A stretch of 64,000 nt of DNA from Deinococcus sp. (GCA_965261005.1 OZ253375.1:1408001-1472000); one strand, 5' to 3'; shown: positions 34,845 to 48,999, numbered from the stretch's first letter. Numbers and translations: made by a program. Notes: generated from the letters alone by a model not told the origin.

Positions 34845-35522
34845 ATGGAGACACTTAGCCTGCCACCACGGGCCGCGCAGGTCGGGCTGGCGGTGGACGT
34901 GGCCGCCTTCGCCATGCACGCGGGCGAATTGCAGGTGCTGCTCGTTCGGCGCGGCACCGGACCACATGAGCAGGTTTGGGCGCTGCCCGGCGGCTTCGTG
35001 CAGCGGGCCGAGGAGCTGCGCGAAGCCGCGTTGCGCGAGTTGCGCGAGGAGACCGCGGTGACGCTGGAGCCGCGCCACCTGGAGCAGTTCTACACCTTCG
35101 GCACCCCCGAGCGCGATCCGCGCGGGCGCATCGTCTCGGTGGCGCACATGGCCGTGTTGCCGCACGGCACCGTGCGCGTGAGTGGCGGCTCGGGCGCCCT
35201 CGACGCGGCCTGGTTCCCGGCCCACCGCCCGCCCGCCCTCGCCTTTGACCACGCCGGCATTCTGGAGCGCGCCCTCAAACGGCTTCAGGTCCGGCTGGAG
35301 TACGCCCAGTTGGCGCTGGAATTCCTGCCCGAGACCTTCACGCTGCCCGAGCTGCAAGAGGTCCACGAGGCGATCTTGGCGAGAAAGCTCGACAAGCGCA
35401 ACTTTCGCAAGCGGTTGCTGGCCCAGGGGCTGCTGAGTCCATCGGGCGAGCGGCGCAGCGGCGTGGGGCGGCCGGCGCAGCTTTACAAAAGGGCCAAGGG
35501 CGCCAGGCGGCCGGAGCTGTGA
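34845..35522 (+). CDS. NrtR-family NUDIX/wHTH transcriptional regulator
   Basis: WALPGGFV..EELREAALRELREET, RDPRGR, LAFDH, FTLPELQ, KRNFRK, GRPAQLY. Confidence 0.9.
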   Translation: METLSLPPRAAQVGLAVDVAAFAMHAGELQVLLVRRGTGPHEQVWALPGGFVQRAEELREAALRELREETAVTLEPRHLEQFYTFGTPERDPRGRIVSVAHMAVLPHGTVRVSGGSGALDAAWFPAHRPPALAFDHAGILERALKRLQVRLEYAQLALEFLPETFTLPELQEVHEAILARKLDKRNFRKRLLAQGLLSPSGERRSGVGRPAQLYKRAKGARRPEL

Positions 35523-35581
35523 CACCCGCTTTCGTTCCCCGGCACCTTCACGCCCCCCGTGCTCCGCTAGACTGACCCCAT

Positions 35582-35908
35582 ATGACCATGCGGAAATTTC
35601 TCAAGGAAAAGCGGGCGGCGCAGGGCGGCGACCTGATGAAGCAGCTTCAAGACGCCCAAGCGGCGGCCGAGCAGATTCAGGAGCAGCTGGCCCAGCAAAG
35701 CGTGGAGGGCACGGCCAGCGGCCTGGTCAGCGTGACCATGAACGGCCAAGGCAAGGTGCTCTCGCTCAAGATCAAGCCCGAGGCCCTCGACCCGGACGAC
35801 GTGGAGTCCCTGGAGGACTTGCTGATGGTCGCCTTGCAAGACGCCAGCGATAAGGCCGACGCTTTACAGCAGCAAGCGACCAGCGGCCTGAGCCTGCCAG
35901 GCTTTTAA
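35582..35908 (+). CDS. ybaB: YbaB/EbfC nucleoid-associated protein
   Basis: GLVSVTMNGQG, DPDDVESLEDL; adjacent to recR. Confidence 0.9.
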   Translation: MTMRKFLKEKRAAQGGDLMKQLQDAQAAAEQIQEQLAQQSVEGTASGLVSVTMNGQGKVLSLKIKPEALDPDDVESLEDLLMVALQDASDKADALQQQATSGLSLPGF

Positions 35909-35917
35909 GGCGACCCG

Positions 35918-36577
<660 letters not shown>

Positions 36578-36643
36578 CGGCCAAGCTCAAGACGGGGCCG
36601 GGAGATTCACACCGTTTTCTTAGGTGGGGTCTATACTGAACGG

Positions 36644-37000
36644 GTGCTAGAGCAGCATCTTTCCCAACTCGTCGCCGACGTGAGCGGCGCCTCGGGGGCG
36701 GCCATCGGCGGCTTCGACGGCCTTTTGGTCGAGGGACACGGCGCCTCGGGGGCGGACCTCAGCTTGCTGGTGGCCGAACACGCCGGCCTTCTGCGCGCGG
36801 CCTTCGGCGCCTTTGAACACACCCTGTCCGGCGGCCAAGTCCGTGAGTTATACCTGCGCGGCGACGCCCTGAGCATGTACAGCGTGCCCATGAACGCGGA
36901 CCTGTTCTTGATGGTCATTTTGGGCAGTGCCGGCAACAACCTCGGCCAAGCGCGCCTCTACACCCTGTCGGCGGCCCAAAAGCTGCGGGAGGAATTATGA
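36644..37000 (+). CDS. Roadblock/LC7 domain protein
   Basis: GAAIGGFDGLLVE ... NLGQARL; TATACT-N6-GTG. Confidence 0.8.
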   Translation: MLEQHLSQLVADVSGASGAAIGGFDGLLVEGHGASGADLSLLVAEHAGLLRAAFGAFEHTLSGGQVRELYLRGDALSMYSVPMNADLFLMVILGSAGNNLGQARLYTLSAAQKLREEL

Positions 37001-37341
37001 ACGTGCGCCCGCTTTTGGACGTGCCGGGCGTGCGCGGCGCGGCCTTGGTCGGTGTGGATGGGTTGCCCCTGGAGGCTTACGGCGAGGACGCCGAGGTGCT
37101 GGCCGCCGAACTCAGCGCCCTGCGCGCCAGCTTGGAGCGGCTGTCGCGCCGTCTGAGCGGCGGCGCGGTCACGCGGCTCGCTTGGACCAGCGAACGCCTG
37201 GAGGTGGTGGCCATCAGCGTCGGCGAACACACCCTCGGCGTCAGCGTGGCGCGCGGCGGCGACACCCGGCCGGCCCAGCTCGAACTCGCCCGCGCCGCCG
37301 CCGACTTGGCGCGGCGCCTGCCGGTGTTGCAGGAAGAGTGA
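36997..37341 (+). CDS. Roadblock/LC7 domain protein
   Basis: VPGVRGAALVGVDGLPLE; ATGA coupling. Confidence 0.8.
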   Translation: MNVRPLLDVPGVRGAALVGVDGLPLEAYGEDAEVLAAELSALRASLERLSRRLSGGAVTRLAWTSERLEVVAISVGEHTLGVSVARGGDTRPAQLELARAAADLARRLPVLQEE

Positions 37342-37688
37342 AGGTGCCCGCCAAGGTGTTGGAACAAGTGATGCAGGTGCGCGGCGTCCAGCGGGCCGCC
37401 CTGTTCGACGAGGGGGGACAGCTGATCGAGGCCCTCGGCGGTGCGCCGGACGCCGCCGTCGTGTCGGCCGGACGCGCCATCGCGGCCAGCTTACGCGGCG
37501 CCGTCGGCGGCGGCGACTTGCGCGACCTGGTGATCGACTTCGAGGACGGCCCGGTGCTGCTGACCGCCTTGGGGGAGCGCACGCTGCTGACCGCCTTTGA
37601 CGACGTGGCGAACTTGGGCCGCCTGAGGTACGCGGTCAAGCGGGCGGTTCAGGCGGAAGCTCGCCCGCCCAGTTCGTCCGCCGGTTAA
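37338..37688 (+). CDS. Roadblock/LC7 domain protein
   Basis: [18 protein letters not shown] ... [12 protein letters not shown] coupling. Confidence 0.8.
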   Translation: MKVPAKVLEQVMQVRGVQRAALFDEGGQLIEALGGAPDAAVVSAGRAIAASLRGAVGGGDLRDLVIDFEDGPVLLTALGERTLLTAFDDVANLGRLRYAVKRAVQAEARPPSSSAG

Positions 37689-39547
37689 TCCGCCGCCAGG
37701 CCACCCCCCTCGTATTGCAGCCGGTAAAGCCGCGCGTAGTAGCCGCCCTGGGCGAGCAATTCGCGGTGGGTGCCCTCCTCCACCACCTTGCCGCGGCGCA
37801 TCACCACGATGCGGTCGCAATGCTCGATGGTGCTCAGGCGGTGCGCGATGATAATAGAGGTGCGGCCCGCCATCACCTTGGCGAGGGCGTCCTGAATCTG
37901 AAGCTCGGTCTCGGTGTCGATGGAGGCGGTGGCCTCGTCGAGCACCAACAGAATGTCGGGGTTCTGAATCAGGGCGCGCGCAAAGGCGATCAATTGCTTT
38001 TGGCCGGTCGAGAGCGTGGCGCCGCGCTCGCGCACCTCGCTTTCGTAGCCGTCGGGCAGGTTCACGATGAACTCGTGGACGCCCACGTACTTGCAGGCCT
38101 GCACCACCCGCTCGTGCGGAATGTCGGGGCTTCCCAGGGTCAGGTTGGTCTCCATGGTGCCGGCGAACAGGAACACGTCCTGAAGGACCACGCCGATGTG
38201 GCGCCGAAGGTCGTGCTGCGCCAGGTCGCGCACGTCGGTGCCGTCCACCCGCACGCTGCCCAATTGCACGTCGTAAAAGCGGCTCACGAGGGAGGTGATG
38301 CTGGTCTTGCCGGCCCCCGTCGCGCCCACCAAGGCGACGCTCTCGCCGGGCTTGATGTGCAAATCAATCCCGCGCAAAGTCCAGCGGTCGTCCCCCTCGG
38401 GCATGTCGGGGTCGGCCTCCGGGTCATAGCTGAACCACACGCCGTCGAGGTCCACCTGACCGCGAAAGTGCTCCAGCCGCCCCGCGCCGGGCTTGTCGGC
38501 CACCGTCTCGCGGGTGTCCAGCACCCCGAAGATGCGCTCGCTGGAGGCCATCGCCGCCTGAAGGTTGTTGAACACGTCGGCGAGGTCTTGAATCGGCTGA
38601 AACAATTGCGAGATCAGCAGGGTAAAGGCGTAGAGGGTGCCCACTGTCATGCCGCCGCCCGCTGCAGATACGTCGCCCAGAATCTGCCGGCCGGCGTACC
38701 ACAGCACCAAGGCGGTGGCGACCTGCGCCAGAATGGCGACGGTCGGCTGAAACAGCGAGAACCAGGTGATGGTGTTGAGGTTCGCGCGCAGCAGGCCGCG
38801 GTTGCTGTGGTCGAAGTCCACGGTGCTCCTGGCCTCGCGGCCGAACAGCTGCACCGTCAGCATGCCGGTGATGTTCTCGTTGAGCTTGGTGTTGACGATG
38901 GCCTGCTGAATGCGGGTGTCGCGGTAGGTGTCGCGGATCTTGGTGCGAAAATAGTTGGTGGCGGCGAAGAGAATGGGCAGCACCGCGAAGCTGACCAGCG
39001 CCAAGCGCCAGTTCAGGCCCAACATGATGACCACATAGGCCACGATCAGAAAGCTCGACTGCACCAAGGCAGTCAGGCCGTTCACGATGAAGTTGTTGAT
39101 GGCGTCCACATCGCTGGTCACGCGCGTCAGCAGGCGGCCCACCGGGTTTTGGTCGAAGTAGGCCAGTTGCAGCCGTTGCAGCTTGGTGAAGAGGTCGGCG
39201 CGGATGTCATACAGCACGCGCTGGCCCAACAGATTGATGGCAAGGGTAAAGCCGTAACGCAGCGCGAACTCCAGCACCTTGAGGCCCAGATAGAGGAGGG
39301 CCGCCCACAGCAGCAGGTTAAAGAGGGCTTGGCGCGAGGCCGCGCCGGCCAGGGCTTCCGGCTTGAGCGTGTGGTCAATGGCGTAGCGCGAAATCAGCGG
39401 AAAGGCCGGCTGCGCCAGGGCGATCAGGGCGGCCAGGGCCACGCCGCCCAAGGTCAGGCCGAGGTAGGGCTTCAGGTACCCCAGCAAGCGGCGGGTCAAG
39501 TTGAGGTCGAAGGCCTTGCGAAAAGCCTCGTCGGCTTGAATGGTCAC
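37685..39547 (-). CDS. ABC exporter, fused permease/ATPase subunit
   Basis: [27 protein letters not shown]. Confidence 0.93.
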   Translation of the reverse strand: MTIQADEAFRKAFDLNLTRRLLGYLKPYLGLTLGGVALAALIALAQPAFPLISRYAIDHTLKPEALAGAASRQALFNLLLWAALLYLGLKVLEFALRYGFTLAINLLGQRVLYDIRADLFTKLQRLQLAYFDQNPVGRLLTRVTSDVDAINNFIVNGLTALVQSSFLIVAYVVIMLGLNWRLALVSFAVLPILFAATNYFRTKIRDTYRDTRIQQAIVNTKLNENITGMLTVQLFGREARSTVDFDHSNRGLLRANLNTITWFSLFQPTVAILAQVATALVLWYAGRQILGDVSAAGGGMTVGTLYAFTLLISQLFQPIQDLADVFNNLQAAMASSERIFGVLDTRETVADKPGAGRLEHFRGQVDLDGVWFSYDPEADPDMPEGDDRWTLRGIDLHIKPGESVALVGATGAGKTSITSLVSRFYDVQLGSVRVDGTDVRDLAQHDLRRHIGVVLQDVFLFAGTMETNLTLGSPDIPHERVVQACKYVGVHEFIVNLPDGYESEVRERGATLSTGQKQLIAFARALIQNPDILLVLDEATASIDTETELQIQDALAKVMAGRTSIIIAHRLSTIEHCDRIVVMRRGKVVEEGTHRELLAQGGYYARLYRLQYEGGGLAAD

Positions 39548-41406
39548 CTTGTTTTCTCCTCACGGGGGCGCGGCGTGTCCTGTTCGAGTTCGCCGGCGAG
39601 GCGCTGCTTGCGCTCCAACTCGGCGTAACGCCCGCCCCGCGCGAGCAGCTCCTGGTGGCTCCCCTGCTCCGCAATGCGGCCGTCCTCCAGCACCACGATG
39701 TGGTCCGCGTGGCGCAGGGTGGAGACCCGGTGCCCGATCAGCAGCACGGTGCGCCCCTGCTGCACCTGCTTCAGGCCCTCCAGAATGCGCGACTCGGTCT
39801 CGGTGTCCACCGCGCTGGTCGCGTCGTCGAGGATCAGGATGCGCGGCTCGCGCGCCAAGGCGCGCGCCAGGGCAGTGCGCTGGCGCTGGCCGCCGGACAG
39901 AGTCACGCCGCGCTCGCCCAGCAGGGTGTCGTACTGAGCGGGAAAGTCCTCCACGTCGCCCGCCAGGCCCGCCAAGGCGGCCGCCTCCCGCACGCGCGCC
40001 ATGTCAGGACGGCCCTGGTCGTCGGCCTGCTCGCGGGTGTTCAGCACCGAGACGCGCGTCGGCACCGGCTCGAAGCGCTCGTTGCCCAGCCCAAAGGCGA
40101 TGTTGCTGGCGATGGTGTCGCTGAATAAAAAGGGTTCCTGCGGCACCACCGCGACCTGATCGCGCAGGGTACGCAGCGGAATGGAGCGCACGTCGTTGCC
40201 GTCAATCAGCACCCGGCCCGAGCTGGGATCCATCAGGCGCACCACCAATTGCGACAGCAGCGTCTTGCCGCTGCCGGTCGGGCCGGTGATGCCCACGGTC
40301 CGCCCCGGCGGCACGTGCAAATTGATGTCGCGCAGAATCACGGCGTCCCCGAAGCGCAGGGAGACGTTCTCGAAGCGGACGTCGCCGCGCAGCTCCCTGA
40401 GACCGCGCTCGGTGCGCCCCGAGTCATGAACGACCGGGCGGCTGCCGAAGATTTCCCACAAGCGGCCCCACGACGCCACGCCACGCTGCACCAAGTTGGT
40501 CATCAGGCCAATCGAGAGCATCGGCCACGCCAGGCGCTCCACCACGCCCGCGAATTGGGTGAACTGCCCCAGCGTGATGGTGCCCCCCGGCACCAAGCCC
40601 AGAATCAGGCGCCCGCCGTAGATCAGCACCACCACGTAGGCGACGCCCATCAAAAAGGCCATAAAGGCCTGGAGCGGCCCTTGCACGGCGGCGAGGCCCA
40701 CCGAGCGGCGCACCAATTCGTCGTTCAGCCCCTTGTACTGGGCGATCTCGCGGTCCTCGATGGCGTAGCCCTTGACCACCCGCGCGCCCGAAAAGTTTTC
40801 TTGCGCCCGCGCGCTGATCTCGGAGTTCTGCTCCTGCACCGCCACGTAGCGCGCGGAAATCTGGCGCGCCAGCCACACCAGCACCGCGATGATCACCGGA
40901 AAGACCAAGAGAACCAGCAGCGTGAGGCGCCACGAGATGCCGAACATGACGAACAGCGACGTGACAAAGGCCGACACGATGCTGGCGATCTGCCACACGC
41001 CGAAGCCCAGCATCTCGCGCACCGCGAGGAGGTCGCCGGTGAGGCGGTTCATCAAGTCCCCGGTGCGGGCGCGGTCGTAGTAGGCCTTGTCGAGCAAGGT
41101 GAGGTGGTCGTACAGATCGCGCCGGACCTCGTACTCGGTCTGACGGCTCGCCACCGTGATTTGGCGGCGCACGGTCAGCATGAGGAGGGCGCTCAGGGCG
41201 GCGCCACCCACCACCCCAAAGGCCAGCAGCGTCAATTGGCCCGCCGGCAAGTTGCGGACCGTCAGGCCGTCGATCACCAAGCGCACGAAGTACAACGGCA
41301 GCTGGATGGCGGCGTTGGCGAGCAGCACCGCCACCAAGCCGATCACATACTGGCGGCGGTGCGTGACAAGGTAAGGCCACAGCGTTCTCAAGTTGTTCAA
41401 AATCAC
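39544..41406 (-). CDS. ABC exporter, fused permease/ATPase subunit (degenerate Walker B)
   Basis: [21 protein letters not shown]; forms a heterodimeric pair with the downstream gene. Confidence 0.93.
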   Translation of the reverse strand: MILNNLRTLWPYLVTHRRQYVIGLVAVLLANAAIQLPLYFVRLVIDGLTVRNLPAGQLTLLAFGVVGGAALSALLMLTVRRQITVASRQTEYEVRRDLYDHLTLLDKAYYDRARTGDLMNRLTGDLLAVREMLGFGVWQIASIVSAFVTSLFVMFGISWRLTLLVLLVFPVIIAVLVWLARQISARYVAVQEQNSEISARAQENFSGARVVKGYAIEDREIAQYKGLNDELVRRSVGLAAVQGPLQAFMAFLMGVAYVVVLIYGGRLILGLVPGGTITLGQFTQFAGVVERLAWPMLSIGLMTNLVQRGVASWGRLWEIFGSRPVVHDSGRTERGLRELRGDVRFENVSLRFGDAVILRDINLHVPPGRTVGITGPTGSGKTLLSQLVVRLMDPSSGRVLIDGNDVRSIPLRTLRDQVAVVPQEPFLFSDTIASNIAFGLGNERFEPVPTRVSVLNTREQADDQGRPDMARVREAAALAGLAGDVEDFPAQYDTLLGERGVTLSGGQRQRTALARALAREPRILILDDATSAVDTETESRILEGLKQVQQGRTVLLIGHRVSTLRHADHIVVLEDGRIAEQGSHQELLARGGRYAELERKQRLAGELEQDTPRPREEKTR

Positions 41407-41543
41407 CCCACGAAAACAAAAGTCGCGTCCCAGTCTACGCGCGCTCGCAACTCAACACTATGCGCCAATTGGCGCAGGTCAACCGTGAGGTGAAGCGGGA
41501 CGCAAAAACTCGAAATCAGCGCTGTCAACGCTGTTTTGTCGCC

Positions 41544-41572
41544 TTGACTTTGCTGAAAGTGGGTGTTAGTAT
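41544..41572 (+). promoter_or_regulatory. Promoter of tRNA-tuf operon
   Basis: TTGACT-N17-TAGTAT. Confidence 0.7.
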
Positions 41573-41663
41573 CCCAATCCGGAAGCGGGGCAGGCTGTAG
41601 CCCACGTTTCCGCGCCCAGGCAGACGAAGTCCAAGCAGTCAAGGCCGGACGGTCAGGAGAGGT

Positions 41664-41739
<76 letters not shown>

Positions 41740-41764
41740 AGGTTTAGTTGTGGGCCAAAAGTTG

Positions 41765-41852
<88 letters not shown>

Positions 41853-41920
41853 GCGGGAGTAGCTCAGTTGGTAAGCTGAGGGGCGCCGGGACGGCCCGGC
41901 GCCTGATGCCCGAAGGTTAC

Positions 41921-41997
<77 letters not shown>

Positions 41998-42005
41998 GCC
42001 AGCCC

Positions 42006-42080
<75 letters not shown>

Positions 42081-42181
42081 GACGCTTCGCCTCGGCTTCG
42101 TCATATACTCGGGTCACACACTCGGATGAAGTCGCGCATGGCCCGCCAACACGCGGGCCACTTTTTCAGGGAGGAAAGAGC

Positions 42182-43399
<1,218 letters not shown>

Positions 43400-43412
43400 G
43401 GCTCGGTTAGAT

Positions 43413-43446
43413 AAGGGAGGACGGCCTGGCCGTCTTCCCTGCTTTG
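43413..43446 (+). terminator. Hairpin after tuf
   Basis: AGGGAGGACGGCC-T-GGCCGTCTTCCCT followed by GCTTTG. Confidence 0.6.
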
Positions 43447-43579
43447 TTGACACCCGGCCCCTCAGCTGAGAGAATACCCTCTGTTGCCTGCCTCACGGCA
43501 GGCTTTTACCAGTCGCTTCCTCAACAGCGGGGACGGCAAGACTGGGAGTTCGCACGAAGCGGACGAAAGGAGTACGGAC

Positions 43580-43747
43580 ATGGCCAAGGAAGGCCCACGC
43601 ATTATCATCAAGATGGAGAGCAGCGCCGGCACGGGGTTTTACTACACGACCACCAAGAACCGGCGCAACACCCAGGCCAAGCTGGAACTCAAGAAGTACG
43701 ATCCGGTAGCCAAAAAGCACGTTCCCTTCCGGGAAAAGAAGATCTGA
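43580..43747 (+). CDS. rpmG: 50S ribosomal protein L33 (Cys-less form)
   Basis: [23 protein letters not shown]. Confidence 0.96.
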   Translation: MAKEGPRIIIKMESSAGTGFYYTTTKNRRNTQAKLELKKYDPVAKKHVPFREKKI

Positions 43748-43771
43748 GTTGAGCGGGCGAGGAGTTGGGGC

Positions 43772-43957
43772 GTGAACAACGTGGTGCGGTACTTCGCGGA
43801 GGCGCGCGAGGAGCTTTCGCGCGTCACCTGGCCGACCCGGACGCAGGTGATCGAGGGTACCCAGGTGGTGCTGGCCTTTATCATCGTCCTGACGCTGTTC
43901 ATCTTCGTGCTGGATACCGTCTTCCAAAACCTGATTCGATTGGTGGTGCCGCAATGA
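43772..43957 (+). CDS. secE: Preprotein translocase SecE
   Basis: ELSRVTWP plus one TM helix. Confidence 0.93.
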   Translation: MNNVVRYFAEAREELSRVTWPTRTQVIEGTQVVLAFIIVLTLFIFVLDTVFQNLIRLVVPQ

Positions 43958-44529
43958 GCATCGAGTGGTATGCCGTTCACACCTACGTGGGCCAAGAAGA
44001 CCGGGTCGAAACCAACCTGATGGAGCGCGCCAAAAAGCTGAGCCTCTTCAACACCAAGATCTTTCAGGTGTTGCAGCCCAGCGAGGACGCGATGGAATTG
44101 CGCGAGGGCGGCAAAAAGGAAGTCGTCAAGCGCAAGCTGTTTCCCGGTTACGTCTTCGTGCAGATGGACGTCGAGGACGACGACGCGCCCGGCGAAATGG
44201 GTGAGTCGTGGGAGGCGGTGCGCGGCACGCCCGGCGTGACCGGCTTCGTGGGCACCGCGACCCACCCGGTGCCGCTGTCCAACGACGAGGTGCAGCGCCT
44301 GCTGCAATCGGTGGGCGTGACGGCCAAAGTCAAGACGGCTGAGGCGCCGCGCGTCAAGGTCAGCTTCAAGGAGGGCGATATGGTGCGCGTCACCAGCGGT
44401 CCCTTCGCCGACTTCAACGGCGTGATCTCGGAAGTCAACCCGCCGCAGGCCAAAGTGAAGGTGCTGGTCAGCATCTTCGGGCGCGAAACGCCGGTCGAGT
44501 TGGACTTCGCCCAAGTGTCCAGGGGCTGA
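43954..44529 (+). CDS. nusG: Transcription factor NusG
   Basis: [37 protein letters not shown]. Confidence 0.97.
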   Translation: MSIEWYAVHTYVGQEDRVETNLMERAKKLSLFNTKIFQVLQPSEDAMELREGGKKEVVKRKLFPGYVFVQMDVEDDDAPGEMGESWEAVRGTPGVTGFVGTATHPVPLSNDEVQRLLQSVGVTAKVKTAEAPRVKVSFKEGDMVRVTSGPFADFNGVISEVNPPQAKVKVLVSIFGRETPVELDFAQVSRG

Positions 44530-44622
44530 AGCGGCTGTATATTGTGCAGGTTGCCCGTTCGGGCAGTTAGCGTCATCACCCCGGCACCTGCTGTGCCTTG
44601 GGGGAGCTAAGGAGGAAGTGTA

Positions 44623-45060
44623 ATGGCGAAGAAAGTCGTCGGTCTCGTGAAGTTGCAGTTGCCGGCGGGCAAGGCCACCCCGGCCCCGCCCGTGGGTCCC
44701 GCCCTCGGTCAGCACGGCGCCAACATCATGGAGTTTACCAAAGCCTTTAACGCGGCCACCGCCGACAAGGGCGACGCGATCATCCCGGTAGAGATCACCA
44801 TTTTCGCGGACCGCAGCTTCACCTTTATCACCAAGACGCCCCCGATGAGCTACCTGATTCGCAAGGCGAGCGGCATCGGCAAGGGAAGCGCCACCCCCAA
44901 CAAGGCCAAGGTCGGCAAGCTCACTTGGGACCAGGTGCTGGAGATCGCGCGCACCAAGCTGCCCGACCTCAACGCCGGCAGCGTGGAGGCGGCGGCCAAC
45001 ACCGTGGCCGGCACCGCCCGCAGCATGGGCGTGACAATCGAGGGAGGCCCGCGTGCCTAA
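44623..45060 (+). CDS. rplK: 50S ribosomal protein L11
   Basis: [18 protein letters not shown]. Confidence 0.98.
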   Translation: MAKKVVGLVKLQLPAGKATPAPPVGPALGQHGANIMEFTKAFNAATADKGDAIIPVEITIFADRSFTFITKTPPMSYLIRKASGIGKGSATPNKAKVGKLTWDQVLEIARTKLPDLNAGSVEAAANTVAGTARSMGVTIEGGPRA

Positions 45061-45739
45061 GCACGGCAAACGCTACCGCGCCCTCATGGGCCAGCTCGAC
45101 CAAAACAAGGTCTACAGCGTGGACGAGGCGACCGCCTTGGTCAAGACCATCGCGACCGCCAAGTTCGACGAGACCGTCGAGGTCCACTTCCGCCTGGGCA
45201 TCGACCCGCGCAAAAGTGACCAGAACGTGCGCGGCACCGTCGCCCTGCCGCACGGCACCGGGCGCAGCGTGCGGGTAGCCGCCATCACGCAGGGAGACCG
45301 CTTGGCCGAGGCCGAGGGGGCCGGGGCCGACGTGGTCGGCGGCGCCGACTTGATCGACCGGATCGCGGGCGGCTTTCTCGACTTCGACGCCGTGGTGGCC
45401 ACGCCCGACATGATGGCCCAGGTCGGCCAGAAGCTGGCGCGCCTGCTGGGGCCGCGCGGCCTGCTGCCCAACCCCAAGAGCGGCACCGTCGGCACCGACG
45501 TGGCCGGCATGGTGCGCGGCCTCAAGGCCGGGCGCATTGAGTTTCGCAACGACAAGACCGGCGTGGTTCACGCCCCCATCGGCAAGGCGTCGTTTGAGCC
45601 GAACAACCTGTCGGAGAATTTGCGCGCGTTGCACGGCGCCCTGGAAGGGGCCAAGCCCGCCAACGCCAAGGGCGTGTATATCCGCAGCGCCTTTGTGACC
45701 ACCACGATGGGGCCTTCGGTGGAAGTCACGCTCTCCTAA
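45053..45739 (+). CDS. rplA: 50S ribosomal protein L1
   Basis: [24 protein letters not shown]. Confidence 0.98.
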   Translation: MPKHGKRYRALMGQLDQNKVYSVDEATALVKTIATAKFDETVEVHFRLGIDPRKSDQNVRGTVALPHGTGRSVRVAAITQGDRLAEAEGAGADVVGGADLIDRIAGGFLDFDAVVATPDMMAQVGQKLARLLGPRGLLPNPKSGTVGTDVAGMVRGLKAGRIEFRNDKTGVVHAPIGKASFEPNNLSENLRALHGALEGAKPANAKGVYIRSAFVTTTMGPSVEVTLS

Positions 45740-45794
45740 TTCTGAACATCGGCATTCTTAAGATCAGCACCCCGGTGCGAAGGCACCTTTTCAC

Positions 45795-45895
45795 GGCACC
45801 ACAGACAGCGGGGACCCTTGCCAGGTTTAATCATCCCGCCGAGATGTCCCAGATGGCCTTTACGGCACAGTGCTTTTGCACGGGATTCAGAGACA
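45795..45895 (+). promoter_or_regulatory. Ribosomal protein L10 leader
   Basis: AGACAGCGGG...TTAA..CCCGCCGAG core upstream of rplJ; boundaries approximate. Confidence 0.7.
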
Positions 45896-45915
45896 GCGAG
45901 AGACAGGAGGCCAAC

Positions 45916-46413
45916 GTGGCGAACCAGCGCAACCAAGACAACCTGGCCGCGCTTGAGGAGAGCTTGCAGGGAATCGAGACGTTCTACGTCGTCGATTACC
46001 AAGGGCTGACGGCCGGACAGCTCGGCCAACTTCGCAAGACCCTCACCGAACGGGGCGGGCGGTTGATCGTCGCCAAGAACACCTTGATCAACCGCGCCCT
46101 GCAAGGCCAGCAGCGCGACTTTTTGGACCTCTTAAAGGGTCCCTCGGCCATCGTGGTCGTGCAGGGCGACCCAGCCGGCACCGCCAAGGCGCTGGCGGAC
46201 TTCGCCAGGACCAACGACCGCGCCATCCCGGCCACCAAGGGCGGCATGCTGGAAGGTCAGCGCGTGGACGTGGCCGTGATTCAGCGCCTCGCCAGCCTGG
46301 GCAACAAGGAGCAGTTGCAGGCCGAGCTGGTGGGCGTCCTGAGCGCGCACCTCAGCAACTTCGTGGGCGTGCTCGAAGCGTACCGCGAGAAGCTCGAAGG
46401 CCAAGCGGCCTGA
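45916..46413 (+). CDS. rplJ: 50S ribosomal protein L10
   Basis: [23 protein letters not shown] then GTG. Confidence 0.96.
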   Translation: MANQRNQDNLAALEESLQGIETFYVVDYQGLTAGQLGQLRKTLTERGGRLIVAKNTLINRALQGQQRDFLDLLKGPSAIVVVQGDPAGTAKALADFARTNDRAIPATKGGMLEGQRVDVAVIQRLASLGNKEQLQAELVGVLSAHLSNFVGVLEAYREKLEGQAA

Positions 46414-46511
46414 GTCGCTTCGGCGGCGTGGGCCGTCCCGCGTCGCCCGAGCGGAGCGAGTAGAAGTGATACGACCGTTCGCTCAAGGGGCGAACATCCG
46501 GAGGAAACACC

Positions 46512-46877
46512 ATGGCATACGACAAGCAGCAGATGATCGATACCCTCAGCGGCCTGACCATTCTGGAACTCGCCGACCTGATTGACGCCGTCAAGGAGCA
46601 GTGGGGCGTTACGGCGGCCGTGGCCGTTCAAGGGGGCGGCGGGACCGCCGCCCCCGCCGCCGAGGAGAAGACTGAATTCGACGTGATCTTGGTGGACGCG
46701 GGCGCCAGCAAGATCAACGTGATTAAAGAAATCCGTGCCATCACCGGCCTGGGCCTCAAGGAGGCCAAGGACATGTCCGAAAAGGGCGGCGCCATCCGGG
46801 AAGGCGTCAGCAAGGACGAGGCCGAGAAGGTCAAGGCGCAGCTTGAGGGCGCCGGCGCCAAGGTCGAGCTGAAGTAA
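46512..46877 (+). CDS. rplL: 50S ribosomal protein L7/L12
   Basis: [19 protein letters not shown]. Confidence 0.98.
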   Translation: MAYDKQQMIDTLSGLTILELADLIDAVKEQWGVTAAVAVQGGGGTAAPAAEEKTEFDVILVDAGASKINVIKEIRAITGLGLKEAKDMSEKGGAIREGVSKDEAEKVKAQLEGAGAKVELK

Positions 46878-46898
46878 ACAGAGAAGTACCGGGTGTGC

Positions 46899-46929
46899 AG
46901 CCCCAGGCCGTTTGGTCTGGGGTTTTTTG
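46899..46929 (+). terminator. Intrinsic terminator after rplL
   Basis: AGCCCCAGGCC-GTTT-GGTCTGGGGTT then TTTT. Confidence 0.8.
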
Positions 46930-46955
46930 TGGCGCTGATTTTGTAGGCTCTGGGG

Positions 46956-47705
46956 ATGATCGTCAAATACGGCGGCAACGCCATGAAGACCCCCGAACTG
47001 CGCCGCGCCGTGGCGGGCGAGATCGCCGCCCTGCGCGGCCAGCTGCCCGTGGTGGTCGTCCACGGCGGCGGACCGGACATCGAGCGCGAGCTGGCGGCGC
47101 GCGGCATCGAGAGCGCCTTTCGGGACGGCCTGCGCGTCACGTCCCTTGAGGCCATGGACGTGGTGGAGTTGGCGCTGGGCCAGCTCAACAAGCGGCTCAG
47201 CCAGGAGATTGGGGAGGCCGTCGGCCTGACCGGGCGCGACTGTAGCTTGCTGCTGGCCGAACTGCTGGACCCCGAGTTGGGCCGGGTCGGGCGAATTGTA
47301 CGGGTGGGCGTGGGGCTGCTGCGCGCCTTGCTGGGCGTGGGCCTGACGCCGGTGGTGGGCGGCGTGGCCGTGGACGAGGAGGGCAAGGCCCTCAACGTCA
47401 ACGCCGACAGCGTGGCCGGCGCGGTCGCGGGCGCCCTCGGGGAGGGCGTGGTTTTCCTAACCGACGTGGAGGGCGTCTACCGCGCCTACCCTGACCCGGA
47501 CAGCTTGGCCGGCGAACTGTCGGTTGCCGAAGTGCGCGCCGGCGTGGCGGCGGGCTGGATCGCGGGCGGCATGTTGCCCAAGGTGGGGGCCGCCTTGGAA
47601 GCCCTCACGCGCGGCGCGCCCTTCGCGGTCATTGCCTCGGGTTTGGGGACGGGCGTGCTGAAAAAGGCGGCGATGGGCGAGGCCGGCACACGGATCGTGC
47701 CGTAA
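46956..47705 (+). CDS. argB: Acetylglutamate kinase
   Basis: [37 protein letters not shown]. Confidence 0.9.
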   Translation: MIVKYGGNAMKTPELRRAVAGEIAALRGQLPVVVVHGGGPDIERELAARGIESAFRDGLRVTSLEAMDVVELALGQLNKRLSQEIGEAVGLTGRDCSLLLAELLDPELGRVGRIVRVGVGLLRALLGVGLTPVVGGVAVDEEGKALNVNADSVAGAVAGALGEGVVFLTDVEGVYRAYPDPDSLAGELSVAEVRAGVAAGWIAGGMLPKVGAALEALTRGAPFAVIASGLGTGVLKKAAMGEAGTRIVP

Positions 47706-47711
47706 GAACCT

Positions 47712-48917
47712 TTAGCGGCTGGCGCTTTGCGCCCGTGAGTCCTGCGGGTTCACGCCGTACACCGCGCCCCAAGGCTTATAGACGCTCTTGGTGACGTCCT
47801 GTTTATCGCGGCCGTCGGCGTAGTGCACTTGACGAGTGATGACGGCGGTCACGCCCTGCTCGGGCGAGTCAATCAGGCGCGTCTTGCCCAGGGCCACGCG
47901 CTGGTCGGCCATGTAGGTTGGGGCGGCGGGCGGCCTGAAGTTGCTCACGACCGGGTCGGAAATCTTGACTTCTCTCTCCGGCTTGGCGCCGAAGAGGTCG
48001 AAGCGCAGGGTCCCTTTTTTGCGGTCCCAGGTCGTCTGGATCAACAGGCCAGAGCCGGTGTCGTTCTTGAACTTGAGGTTCTTGTACGGCGCGTAAACGG
48101 TGGCCTCGTAGCCGACCGGGTCGTAGTAGTGGACCCGGTAAGAGTGTTGCTCGCGCGCCGTGATGGGCAAGCCGGACTCGTAGGCGGCGCGGAACATGGT
48201 GGTGGACACTTGGCAGATACCGCCGCCGTCCTCTTTCGCCAGCGTATTGCCGGAGATGATGTAGCCGGGCACAAAGCCGTTGGCGCCGTTGATGGTACCA
48301 ACGGTGGCGTTGAAGTCGAGTTCGTCACCATCCGCCAGCAGCTTGCCGTCGAACTTCTTGGCACCGACCAGAATGTTGGTTTCCCGGAAGCTGGGGCTGC
48401 CCCGGTAGCTTGACTGACCCGAGCCGAAGTGGTAGAGGATGCCCCCTCGCGCCAGCTTGTCCACCCCGTCACCGGGAGGCGTGACGTTCAGGACAATTCC
48501 CACCTCGCCCGCCCCGCCCTGTAGGGCGGTGAGCAGCTTTTGCTTCGTCGCCCCCCGGTCCACCGTCCAGCCGCTTTGCTGGCGCCCGACCCAGTGGCCG
48601 CCCTCGCTCACGAAACGGGCGTTCTTGGGCGTGCGCGCGTCGAGGCGGTCGAACACCTTGTCGAGGTCCGGCGTCAGCTTGGTCGAGAGCCGCCCGATGT
48701 GCCGGCTGCGCGCCACCCACTCGGGATTGAGGTCGAAGCGCTTGGCGATAATTTCGGTTTGCAGCTTGCCCTTGTAAATGCGCTGCTCGGGGACTGAGAA
48801 GGTCAAGCTGAACGGGGGAAAGTCAGGCCGCTTGGCTTGGGGCTGGTCGGTTCCCGATTGGGCGGTGGACACGCCAAGCATGGCAAGGGTGAGAGCGAAG
48901 AACAAGCGGCTTTTCAT
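47712..48917 (-). CDS. VanW family exported protein
   Basis: Signal peptide; [26 protein letters not shown]. Confidence 0.88.
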   Translation of the reverse strand: MKSRLFFALTLAMLGVSTAQSGTDQPQAKRPDFPPFSLTFSVPEQRIYKGKLQTEIIAKRFDLNPEWVARSRHIGRLSTKLTPDLDKVFDRLDARTPKNARFVSEGGHWVGRQQSGWTVDRGATKQKLLTALQGGAGEVGIVLNVTPPGDGVDKLARGGILYHFGSGQSSYRGSPSFRETNILVGAKKFDGKLLADGDELDFNATVGTINGANGFVPGYIISGNTLAKEDGGGICQVSTTMFRAAYESGLPITAREQHSYRVHYYDPVGYEATVYAPYKNLKFKNDTGSGLLIQTTWDRKKGTLRFDLFGAKPEREVKISDPVVSNFRPPAAPTYMADQRVALGKTRLIDSPEQGVTAVITRQVHYADGRDKQDVTKSVYKPWGAVYGVNPQDSRAQSASR

Positions 48918-48999
48918 AAGACTCATAGTACGATCTTTGCCCCCGCTCGGTGTTACGGGTTCGTTGAGAACGGGGTCAGCTGCCGGTCAGCCGGTCGCC

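Noticed and set aside
41853..41920. Extra tRNA gene between tRNA-Tyr and tRNA-Gly
   Set aside because: Only the 5' 21 nt match a tRNA; no anticodon arm, T-loop or CCA. Reported as a finding instead
46877..47705. rpoBC not following rplL
   Set aside because: Separation of rpoBC from rplKAJL is, to my knowledge, normal in Deinococcus; not evidence of a rearrangement
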